Assembly: GCA_903994795.1 (NCBI GenBank) | Contig: CAJEYI010000002.1 | Location: 1 to 60,537 of the forward strand | Source: an uncultured bacterium | Lineage (GTDB): Bacteria > Patescibacteriota > Minisyncoccia > Phycocordibacterales > Phycocordibacteraceae | DNA length: 60,537 bases | Direction: 5' to 3' | Shown here: positions 17,499-25,489 of the stretch, piece after piece | Layout: each line of letters opens with the position of its first letter | How positions within the stretch are numbered: position 1 is the stretch's first letter | Position numbers and translations under genes: made by a program | Notes under the pieces: generated by a model | Seen by the model: the letters and a program-made list of their open reading frames with translations, nothing else | Databases searched by the model: none | What the model was told of the DNA's origin: nothing

Positions 17499-18175
17499 AA
17501 CACCTTAAAGAACTACGTACAAACAAAAGACTTTCCCAGGAAGTAGTAGCGCAAGCTATTGGCGTGTCGCGTCCCACATACAGTGCAATAGAAGCTGGTA
17601 CGCAGGAATTGAGTCTCGAGGAAGGTAAGAAACTTGCTACTCTATACGGCATTGGTATAGATGAACTTCTCTCTGGAAGCATTCCAAATATTGAGAAATA
17701 CAAGCATATGATACTTGCGTACCTTCGCATGAATATTTCTCGAGATGGAAAGATCCCAAAAACAAAGCTTGCAAAGATGCTCTATCTTGCTGACTTTGCA
17801 TGGTTCTATGAACACATGGAAAGCATGAGTGGTATGCCATATCGAAAGATCGCGTACGGTCCTGTACCAGATACGTTCTTTCGTGTGCTTGATGAGCTCG
17901 AAGAGTCAGGGAAAATCATCGTTGACCGGAAGAACGCAGAAGGAAAAGACATGCTTCTTATAAGTGAGTCAGAGAGTAACAAAAACGAGAAGATCCGAAC
18001 ACTCACAAAAGAAGAAGTCTCCCTCATGCAGAAAATCGCTAAGAAGTGGAAAGATAAGAAAACTAACGAAATCGTGAACTTTACCCATAACCAGTTGCCC
18101 TACGTGCTTTGTCGAGATAACGAACTCATTCCCTATGAACTCATAACTCAGGAGGATGTGGAGGCAGTGTATTAG
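17483..18175 (+). CDS. XRE-family HTH fused to a Panacea/SocA (DUF4065) antitoxin-type domain
   Basis: The N-terminal HTH reads LRTNKRLSQEVVAQAIGVSRPTYSAIEAG. The central region KLAKMLYLADFAWFYEHMESMSGMPYRKIAYGPV resembles DUF4065. The start is chosen at 17483 because ATG 17456 lies inside the promoter. Confidence 0.72.
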   Translation: MTQYIEHLKELRTNKRLSQEVVAQAIGVSRPTYSAIEAGTQELSLEEGKKLATLYGIGIDELLSGSIPNIEKYKHMILAYLRMNISRDGKIPKTKLAKMLYLADFAWFYEHMESMSGMPYRKIAYGPVPDTFFRVLDELEESGKIIVDRKNAEGKDMLLISESESNKNEKIRTLTKEEVSLMQKIAKKWKDKKTNEIVNFTHNQLPYVLCRDNELIPYELITQEDVEAVY

Positions 18176-18401
18176 AAAAGGCCACAAGTATTACCCCCTA
18201 CATATGATTATCATTATGGTAATTAACAGACGCAATGTTGTCATTTGACATGCGTAGCATCTAAGGAGTACGATAAATGAGTTAGTGCTAGATTATGGGT
18301 TCAACATTATTTATTGATACAGATTGGGACTAATCTTAAACCGTTACGCGGGGATTTTTTCGTTCGTTGATAAATAAATAGTAGGCAGTTCAGGGACAGC
18401 G

Positions 18402-18472
18402 CGGAGGCAACGGGAATCGAACCCGCGTCGCAACTTTAACGGAGAGGCGCTCTACCATTGAGCTATACCTCC
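18402..18472 (-). tRNA. tRNA-like gene, nominal anticodon GUU (Asn), probably degenerate
   Basis: The 71-nt cloverleaf has acceptor GGAGGTA/TGCCTCC, D arm GCTC-AATGGTA-GAGC and T arm GCGGG-TTCGATT-CCCGT. The anticodon stem CCTCT/AGTTG has only 3 of 5 pairs and position 33 is C, not U. No CCA is encoded. Confidence 0.55.
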
Positions 18473-18515
18473 GCGCTATTCCCGAACTGCTTATTATATT
18501 GTCAAAATTGAGAAC

Positions 18516-18750
18516 TGTTTCTAGGAGAGAAATGTTTTTAATAATTAAGGTCTATAGCCGACTACGTGACGAAACGGTGGTTTCCTAAAGTGTGGTGGAA
18601 TGAATTTGCCTGTTGAGGGCTGAACATATCCTTTCACGAGCTTACTTGGAGCTAACGGATTCTTCTGTGGTGCATAGATGGGTTTCAGCCCCATTTTTTG
18701 CGCTTGCTTTTCGGTCATATGGATTTAAGTTAGTTTCTCTCCTAGAAACA
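18516..18750. repeat. 17-bp perfect inverted repeat (about 25 bp imperfect) flanking about 200 bp of ORF-free DNA
   Basis: tgtttctaggagagaaa (18516-18532) pairs with tttctctcctagaaaca (18734-18750). The left arm overlaps a diverged copy of the shared promoter-like block (ttgtcaaaattgagaactgtttctagg). Confidence 0.6.
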
Positions 18751-18796
18751 ATTTTCAAAGAACAAATTTGATCAAAAACCTCGCAAAATTTAATGC

Positions 18797-18944
18797 GAGC
18801 TTTTTTGTAAAAACAAAAAAGCTCACGTTACTGATTTGAGAGGGTCAGGATAGAAGTCATCGTTAGAGGACAAATACCCGAGCCTTTGCAGAGGTGTTCA
18901 GGGTTTCCCCTGACGCCTCTCAAATCAATACATGAGCTTTTGTT
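18797..18944. repeat. nested inverted repeats / long imperfect hairpin
   Basis: An 11-bp perfect hairpin gagcttttttg/caaaaaagctc lies at 18797-18824. The long arms 18812-18849 (aacaaaaaagctcacgttactgatttgagagggtcagg) and 18909-18944 (cctgacgcctctcaaatcaatacatgagcttttgtt) pair. A 12-nt segment at 18887-18898 is complementary to 18985-18996. Confidence 0.55.
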
Positions 18945-19170
18945 TCGGACATTAGGAACTCGGATAATGATTTCTAGAAACTAAAACACCTCTGCATATA
19001 TAAATATATCATAAGTACAAAATTGAAAGCAACGTGTTGATAAGGAAACTGTGGACAATGATACTTCATTACTATTTTGCAGTATGCAATACATACAGTG
19101 CAAAACGTGCGCAGCATGTCGACAAGTCATGATCCTTACTGGTTTTGAGTAGGGCTGTTATAATAAAAAT

Positions 19171-20091
19171 ATGGTCGAAAAATCCTCAAACAATAATTTG
19201 CATAACGCCAGCAAGGCTAAAAAGGATGAGTTTTATACCCAGCTCATCGATATCGAGAAAGAGCTCAAGCACTATAAAGACCAGTTTCGCGACAAGGTAG
19301 TATTTTGCAATTGTGATGATCCAAAGGAAAGCGACTTTGTAAAATATTTTAGTAGAAACTTTGAGCATTTAGGACTAAAGAAATTAATTGCCACACACTT
19401 TAAAGAGGCAAATTTGTTTACTAAAGAATTGCCATATAAATTAGAATACACCGGTGATAAGAATGGTAGTCGAATGCCTGATCCTGATGAATTTATGACC
19501 GAGATGATTGGTACAGGTGATTTCCGAAGCGATGAATGCATTGAGTTACTGAAAGAAGCAGATATAGTAGTAACCAACCCACCCTTTTCTTTGTTTCGTG
19601 AGTATGTCGCGCAACTGGCGGAATACAACAAAAAGTTTCTTATTATCGGCAATACTAATGCCATGACCTATAAAGAAATTTTTACCCTATTTAAGGAAGA
19701 TAAAATCCGTACAGGCTACACAAATTTCAATGTAGGTATGTTTTTTATTGTGCCTGATGATTGGGAACTTTTTCACCATATAGATGAAAATGGTAAAAAA
19801 ATTGCGCGAGTTTCGACCTCGTGTTGGTTTACAAACCTTGATGTTGAAAAACATAAGGAAAATGTCACATTATATAAGAAATATAACCCTGAGGAATATC
19901 CACATTATGATAATTACGATGCAATTAATGTAGATAAGTACACTGACATTCCTTGTGATTATGATGGTGCTATCGGCGTTCCGATTACTTTTTTGGATAA
20001 ATATAATCCTGAGCAATTTGAAATCATTAAGTTTAGAAAGGGGGACGATGATAAAGACTTAATAGTAAATGGTAAGTTTCCTTATTATTAG
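19171..20091 (+). CDS. N6-adenine DNA methyltransferase, EcoRI-methylase-like family
   Basis: The catalytic motif IV is VVTNPPF. The N-terminal block KKDEFYTQ..DIEKEL..Y and VVFCNCDDP are typical of this family as I recall it. TATAAT at 19159-19164 lies only 6 nt before the ATG and there is no SD. Confidence 0.78.
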   Translation: MVEKSSNNNLHNASKAKKDEFYTQLIDIEKELKHYKDQFRDKVVFCNCDDPKESDFVKYFSRNFEHLGLKKLIATHFKEANLFTKELPYKLEYTGDKNGSRMPDPDEFMTEMIGTGDFRSDECIELLKEADIVVTNPPFSLFREYVAQLAEYNKKFLIIGNTNAMTYKEIFTLFKEDKIRTGYTNFNVGMFFIVPDDWELFHHIDENGKKIARVSTSCWFTNLDVEKHKENVTLYKKYNPEEYPHYDNYDAINVDKYTDIPCDYDGAIGVPITFLDKYNPEQFEIIKFRKGDDDKDLIVNGKFPYY

Positions 20092-20114
20092 GATAATAAT
20101 AAAGAAAAAATAAT

Positions 20115-21206
20115 ATGAAAATCGAACTGCATCAAATTCCTGTACGCGAAGTAATTGCAAACTACAAAGATAGTGCAGAGGAAGGTGTCGTTGCATACGC
20201 TGGCAAACTTGATGTTCGGCCAAAATATCAACGTGAGTTTGTATACAATGGTAAACAGCGAGATGCGGTAATTGAGACAATTAAAAAAGATTTTCCTTTA
20301 AATGTATTGTATTGGGTTAAAACAGATGAGGGGAAATATGAGGTTTTAGATGGGCAGCAACGTACTATCAGTATAGGTCAATATGTGACCGGAGAATTTT
20401 CACTTAATGATTACTTCTTTCATAATCTTACTGACGAGGAGCAAGATCAGATTTTGAATTATGAATTGATGATTTATTTTTGTGAAGGAACAGATAAAGA
20501 GAAGCTAGACTGGTTCAAGATTATCAACATTGCAGGAGAAAAACTTACAGAACAAGAGTTGCGTAATGCAGTGTATACGGGTCCATGGCTTTCTGATGCA
20601 AAACTCAAATTCAGTAAATCAAATTGTGCTGCGTATCTGCTTGCAAATGATGGTGGACAGTTAGTTAGTGGCTCCCCAATTCGACAGGAGTATTTAGAGA
20701 CTTCTCTTTCGTGGATTAATAATGAGAAGATCGAAGATTATATGGCTAAACATCAACATGATACAAATGCTGATGAGCTTTGGGATTACTTCCAGAATGT
20801 TATCTGGTGGGTAAGGACTACATTTACAAGCTATCGACGTGAAATGAGTGGCGTTGAATGGGGTGAACTATATAACGAATTTAAAGATGCGAAACTGAAT
20901 TCGGAAAAACTCGAGGTTGAAATCAAAGAGTTAATGCAAGATGAGGACGCTACAAAGAAGTCTGGTATCTATCCATATGTATTAACTCGAAAAGAAAGAT
21001 ACCTTTCGATCCGTGCGTTTACAGATAAAATGAAACGCGAAGCTTATGAACGACAAAATGGGATATGCCCATTTTGCAAAGAACATTGGGATATTTCAGA
21101 AATGGAAGCTGACCACATTACTCCTTGGCACGAAGGGGGCAAGACAATTGCACAGAATTGCCAGATGCTTTGTAAGCAAGACAATAGAACAAAATCAGGT
21201 AAATAA
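20115..21206 (+). CDS. DUF262 (ParB-like, DGQQR motif) domain fused to a C-terminal HNH nuclease
   Basis: LDGQQRT lies in the N-terminal third. The C-terminal HNH region reads CPFC...[13 protein letters not shown]...NCQMLC...N. It starts 23 nt after the MTase. Confidence 0.8.
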   Translation: MKIELHQIPVREVIANYKDSAEEGVVAYAGKLDVRPKYQREFVYNGKQRDAVIETIKKDFPLNVLYWVKTDEGKYEVLDGQQRTISIGQYVTGEFSLNDYFFHNLTDEEQDQILNYELMIYFCEGTDKEKLDWFKIINIAGEKLTEQELRNAVYTGPWLSDAKLKFSKSNCAAYLLANDGGQLVSGSPIRQEYLETSLSWINNEKIEDYMAKHQHDTNADELWDYFQNVIWWVRTTFTSYRREMSGVEWGELYNEFKDAKLNSEKLEVEIKELMQDEDATKKSGIYPYVLTRKERYLSIRAFTDKMKREAYERQNGICPFCKEHWDISEMEADHITPWHEGGKTIAQNCQMLCKQDNRTKSGK

Positions 21207-21210
21207 ATTT

Positions 21211-22425
21211 ATGAACGAAATTATATGTCCGCATTGCGAGAAGGCTTTCAAAATCGATGAGGCGGGATTTGCCGATATTCTAAAACAAGTCCACAATCAT
21301 GAGTTTGAAAAAGAACTGAATGAGCGTGTGGAAATCCTCAAAAAAGATAAGGAAAATGCCATCAAACTTGCCGAGGCAAATATTGCAATTATATTGCAAA
21401 AAGACCTCACAGCGAAGGATGCTGAGCTGGCCGAGATTAAATCCAAAATCAGTAATGTAGAGCTTGAAACAAAACTTGCAGTCACCGAAGCAGTAAATAA
21501 AATTGAGAAAGAGCGTGACGAACTTGCTGGCCAACTGAAAAGTAAAGATGCTGAGAAGCAACTGCTCGAAACAGCATTAAAAGAAAAGTATGTCATTGAG
21601 CTCAAGACCAAGGACGACATCATCAAGATGAAAGATGAGGAAATTGCTCTGCGTAAAGATATGAAAGTTAAGCTTTCAACAAAGATGGTAGGAGAAACAC
21701 TCGAACAGCACTGCGAGACCGAATTTAACAAGCTTCGCGCAACTGGATTTCAAAATGCATATTTCGAAAAAGACAACGATGCAACCGGTGGTAGCAAGGG
21801 TGACTACATATACCGCGAAACTGATGTGGCTGGGAACGAAATTATATCGATCATGTTCGAGATGAAAAACGAAGGCGATGAAACCGCCACTAAGAAAAAG
21901 AACGAAGACTTTTTACGTGAGCTTGATAAAGACCGCGCCGAGAAAAAATGTGAATACGCCGTTCTCGTTTCACTATTAGAAGCTGAAAACGAGCTCTATA
22001 ACACCGGCATTGTTGATGTTTCCCATAAACACCCAAAAATGTATGTCATTCGGCCTCAGTTTTTTATCCCGATGATAACTCTTTTGCGCAATGCTGCTTT
22101 GAATTCTATGAAATACAAATCTGAACTTGCGCTCGTAAGAAACCAGAATATTGATATTACTAATTTTGAGAATGAACTGAATGAGTTTCGTGATGGTTTT
22201 GGTCGTAATTTCCGGCTTGCATCTGAAAAGTTTAAAAGCGCTATAGACCACATTGATGAGTCCATAAAGCAACTTGAAAAAACAAAAAAAGAGCTTATCT
22301 CATCAGAAAATAACTTGCGTCTAGCAAATGATAAAGCAGAAGATTTGACTGTAAAAAAACTCACTCGCGGTAACCCTACTATGGCAGCCAAATTTGCTGA
22401 GGTGGAAACTGGAGAAAATCAGTAA
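21211..22425 (+). CDS. DUF2130-like protein: N-terminal Cys-His ribbon, long coiled coil, C-terminal globular domain
   Basis: [20 protein letters not shown] is followed by about 150 aa of heptad-like E/K-rich sequence. The C-terminal region contains GDYIYRE...[10 protein letters not shown]. It starts 4 nt after the previous stop; the ORF-track start at 21046 overlaps the upstream gene. Confidence 0.68.
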   Translation: MNEIICPHCEKAFKIDEAGFADILKQVHNHEFEKELNERVEILKKDKENAIKLAEANIAIILQKDLTAKDAELAEIKSKISNVELETKLAVTEAVNKIEKERDELAGQLKSKDAEKQLLETALKEKYVIELKTKDDIIKMKDEEIALRKDMKVKLSTKMVGETLEQHCETEFNKLRATGFQNAYFEKDNDATGGSKGDYIYRETDVAGNEIISIMFEMKNEGDETATKKKNEDFLRELDKDRAEKKCEYAVLVSLLEAENELYNTGIVDVSHKHPKMYVIRPQFFIPMITLLRNAALNSMKYKSELALVRNQNIDITNFENELNEFRDGFGRNFRLASEKFKSAIDHIDESIKQLEKTKKELISSENNLRLANDKAEDLTVKKLTRGNPTMAAKFAEVETGENQ

Positions 22426-22506
22426 AGACCCTCTCAGTCAGTCATGTAAGTTAACGAAATTGTGTTATAATTGTTCTATATTTATTCGCTCCTAATAAAA
22501 TATTTT

Positions 22507-23046
22507 ATGTCTTTTAATTTTCTAAATCTAGACGACGAAACTCGCAAGTTAATGCTGTCAGAAGTTGAGCGAGATGAAAAGACCGGCACTGTGTATACAA
22601 GTACACGATTTACGACCGAAGGAATAACTGCTTATTCTAGCCTACTTAAGGAGTCTATAACGCGTGGAACGGAAACTTCACTCGCGGAATCATTAAACAA
22701 ACCACAATTCTTTAAGTCTACGGAAACAAGCACAACAAAAACCGGTGCGTCATATACGAAAGGAGTATCTGACATCGCATACCTTACTTTTGCTGAAGGA
22801 GAATTTAATAAATATTATATGCGAGCTCTTTCCTTGAGAGCTATTTCAGAGAACAGAAATCTTGAAATATACAGAGCCAAGGAAGTTGAGAATCACCAAC
22901 CAGATTCTGATGCAAAAATCGGAGAATCAATTAATGCCGACGATTTTCTCAAAGACTTGCAAGAACTACAAGTAAATAATTTCACTTATCCCGCTTCAGG
23001 GTGGTCTAGAAAACCAAACTCAGGGCTATCTGTAAAACTAACTTAG
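22507..23046 (+). CDS. hypothetical protein, last gene of the MTase/DUF262 cluster
   Basis: The ORF is 179 aa from ATG 22507 (MSFNFLNLDDETRK). No motif was recognised. It has the same strand and AT-rich composition as the three genes upstream. Confidence 0.5.
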   Translation: MSFNFLNLDDETRKLMLSEVERDEKTGTVYTSTRFTTEGITAYSSLLKESITRGTETSLAESLNKPQFFKSTETSTTKTGASYTKGVSDIAYLTFAEGEFNKYYMRALSLRAISENRNLEIYRAKEVENHQPDSDAKIGESINADDFLKDLQELQVNNFTYPASGWSRKPNSGLSVKLT

Positions 23047-23123
23047 TTCTTTTTAAGAGTCTTTTGGTTATTATTTATATATAAAAAAAGTTCCCGCGTC
23101 GTACCAAGCTCTCAGATATTTAC

Positions 23124-24008
23124 TTATTTAATAAAATTCCTCACCCGTAAATCACTCATCGCTACCTCTAACTCCTCCTGCGTGTTCATGACGATTGGTC
23201 CGTGCCAAGCTATTGGTTCGCCCAGGGGTTCGCCTGCGATGAAGAGGAATCGTGCGTCTGAGTTTGCGGGTGCTTCAACGCGTACGCTTTCGGTGAGTGA
23301 GTCCGAGCGCTCAGGAAGTTTGAGCTCTGGCAACCGCTCAGTGAGTGCTATCACGTCATTTAGTACTGGAGTGCGTTCGGATCCAACGAGCACCGTGCCA
23401 TCGAGGATGTAGAGGAGAACGGTGCTTGTGGATGAGACAGGGAACTCAAAACTCTTTCCGTGCTCAAGTGAGACGTCGAGATAGGTCGGAGCACCGGCGA
23501 CGTTGCCAACTGGTCCGAGTTCGCCATGGTGGGTGCCCGTAATAAGTCGGATGCGAGCGCCTGCTGTTTCTATGACGGGAATGGTATTCGCTCGCACGTC
23601 TTGGTAGCGGGGCTTTGCCATCTTAAACGCCTTCGGTAGGTTTACCCACAACTGAAATCCGCGAATGCCTTCTGGGCGGTCTTGGGGCACCTTGGTGAGT
23701 CAATTACTATCAGCCGCCATGCCCTCATGCCATGGCACTTCGCCAGGAAGAATGGTGCCAGTGTTTCCGAGACTGTCTTCGTGTGCGACTTCGCCCTCGA
23801 GGATGTAGGTGACGGTCTCAATGCCGCGGTGTGGGTGCCAAGGGAAGCCAGCAAGGAAGTCAGAGGGTTGCGATGAGCTGAAGTCGTCAAAGAGGAGGAA
23901 TGGATCGAGTTCGTGTGCCTCAGGATAACTAAACGCACGACGAAGCAACACACCAGCTCCCTCGAGTGTTGGTTGTGGACGGAAGATTTTCGCAACGGAG
24001 CGGATCAT
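23124..24008 (-). pseudogene. pirin-family (bicupin) gene interrupted by one in-frame TGA
   Basis: The N-terminal ORF (23700-24008) contains [16 protein letters not shown]...H.DS.GN. The C-terminal ORF (23124-23690) contains GFQLWVNLP. Both are in the same frame, separated only by TGA at 23700-23702 plus 3 codons. Confidence 0.8.
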
Positions 24009-24121
24009 GTACTAAGTAAAGCATGTAGGAGATGAAGGGTGAGTGGGGAAAAGAAAATATGTACATAGAACTTACTCAAAATTCACTTTTATTTTATCTC
24101 GGTGCGGTATAGTGCTCTGCG

Positions 24122-24598
24122 ATGATCGAATACACCGAGGGAGAATTTAAGTTAATGAAGGCAAAAGGTGATGATTTATATAAATCACTTGAGGACGTTT
24201 ATTGTCCATATTTCAAGGAAAAGGTCGCTTTTAACGCTGAAGGACTTGAGCATATTTCATTTAGGAATCGAGGAAAGTATCGGTCTGAAGCAGATCAGTT
24301 TATGAGATTTAAGTATCTTCATCTTGTGCCAGAGATTCTTAAAATTTCACGTACCGTACAGGGAATCCGTAAAATAAAGAAATTTGAACAGGTTCGTATG
24401 CATAATAGAACGGAGACTGTACTAAAAGAGGTTACGTACTATCAGTTTATAGCTGTGCTAGGAACAGTGCGAATTATGGTAGTCGTAAAACAGATAGAAA
24501 ATATGCAGAAGTATTTCTTCAGCATTATTCCTTTTTGGAAAATGAACAGAGAAATGAATTCCAGAGTAATACATGAGGGGAATCCTGAGGAGGATTAA
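24122..24598 (+). CDS. hypothetical protein (158 aa)
   Basis: A clean ORF with a terminator behind it. No family was recognised by eye. Confidence 0.5.
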   Translation: MIEYTEGEFKLMKAKGDDLYKSLEDVYCPYFKEKVAFNAEGLEHISFRNRGKYRSEADQFMRFKYLHLVPEILKISRTVQGIRKIKKFEQVRMHNRTETVLKEVTYYQFIAVLGTVRIMVVVKQIENMQKYFFSIIPFWKMNREMNSRVIHEGNPEED

Positions 24599-24606
24599 AA
24601 CAAAAA

Positions 24607-24629
24607 ATCCGCCAGAGGCGGGTCTTTTG
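24607..24629 (+). terminator. rho-independent terminator
   Basis: atccgcc-aga-ggcgggt is followed by cttttgt. Confidence 0.6.
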
Positions 24630-24892
24630 TAAGCGTTTGGTTACAGTGTATAAACCGTGAGGGAGCGAACTCCCCAAACGCTTTATATAATATATCAAAA
24701 CAAGAAATCTGACGCAAATATATTCTCTTGTGGAGTAGGGAGGTCGACAGCCCCTCCATCGCACATCCTTGAACTTTCATTTCTGGAAGTCGCAGATGAC
24801 ACTTGGATAGAGACGGTTTCTGCATTTCAACCCCACAACAAAATGTATTTCTTTAGAAATAGTAGCAGAGCAAGAATATAAATCAACTAAAC

Positions 24893-24932
24893 ATTTTTAT
24901 TCAGGAATTCTTTAGAACAAATTCACTTCGGC
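24893..24932 (+). promoter_or_regulatory. diverged copy of the shared promoter-like block
   Basis: tttattcaggaattctttagaacaaattcacttcggc aligns with 12835-12881 (tcagaaaatctttagaaa...ttcagc). Confidence 0.35.
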
Positions 24933-24961
24933 TCTATCACTCTTGTGTACACTGTGTGGCT

Positions 24962-25366
24962 ATGGATTCCGAGAAGGACGTACGACATGAAAAGTGGAGT
25001 CAGAAACAACAACTTCTAGATTTAAACAAGAGAGATCTCCTTTTTAAGGAAAGGGAGATTTGGTGGTGTTCTGTAGGGATGAACATCGGGGAAGAGGTGT
25101 ACGGAAAAGGCCCAGACTTTAAAAGACCCGTTCTAATTTTGAAAAAGCTTTCAAATAACTCATGTATAGTCTTACCCATAACCACCAAAAGACATTCTGG
25201 AAATTGGTACTATAAATTTACTTCGCATGATATGACTCGTTGGGTAATGATTCATCAAATACGTTCTATTTCTGCAAACAGATTTGCTAAAAGACAGGGC
25301 GAGTTACGGGAGGACGACTTCAGTAAATTAAAGAAGTCCGTAGCATCTCTGCTCGGACTTCTTTAA
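24962..25366 (+). CDS. MazF/PemK-family toxin-like protein, third and more divergent copy
   Basis: EREIWWCSVGMNIGEE..G....KRPVLILKK, VLPITTK and HQIRSISANRF are present. The last codons and the stop lie in the hairpin aagaagtccg/cggacttctt. No antitoxin ORF is adjacent. Confidence 0.75.
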   Translation: MDSEKDVRHEKWSQKQQLLDLNKRDLLFKEREIWWCSVGMNIGEEVYGKGPDFKRPVLILKKLSNNSCIVLPITTKRHSGNWYYKFTSHDMTRWVMIHQIRSISANRFAKRQGELREDDFSKLKKSVASLLGLL

Positions 25367-25489
25367 AAATCGTCAACGAGCCAACGGCTCGAATCGGTGG
25401 GTATCCCCAAAAATCTAACTCACTTAGTATATCAAGCTGATTTGGAGATGCAAATGCATTCGGACTCAGAGTGTCGTAGAATAGAGGTA

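Noticed and set aside
18385-18490. The tRNA-like element plus long stem as a bacterial Y RNA (YrlA-type tRNA mimic).
   Set aside because: In YrlA the long Ro-binding stem emanates from the anticodon side and the acceptor end is closed, whereas here the stem extends the acceptor. No Ro/Rsr (TROVE) gene is in the window.
18545-18719. An apparent 57-codon minus-strand ORF between the 18516/18750 inverted repeats (MTEKQAQKMGLKPIYAPQK...).
   Set aside because: Careful re-reading shows an extra T (ggatttcttc), so the frame hits TAA after 25 codons. No credible CDS is present.
21046-21210. The N-terminal extension of the DUF2130-like ORF (start at 21046), and similarly 36051-36158 for the ABC ATPase and 9379-9468 for maf.
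   Set aside because: The extensions overlap the upstream gene or the structured RNA and lack similarity to the family N-termini. Internal ATGs give canonical N-termini ([28 protein letters not shown]).
23093-23101. A 9-nt match (cccgcgtcg) to the tRNA-like gene (18422-18430) at the right end of the MTase island, as a possible att direct repeat of a tRNA-integrated element.
   Set aside because: Only 9 nt match, which is expected by chance in 60 kb on two strands. No integrase is in the window. The island lies on the 5' side of the tRNA, opposite to the usual 3'-end integration geometry.
23700-23702. The in-frame TGA in pirin as evidence for genetic code 25 (UGA=Gly), as in Gracilibacteria/SR1.
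   Set aside because: rpoB, rpoC and all other long genes are uninterrupted under the standard code. TGA also closes prmC (32015), pilC (57841) and ORF 29431 at the expected protein ends, so it acts as a stop here.
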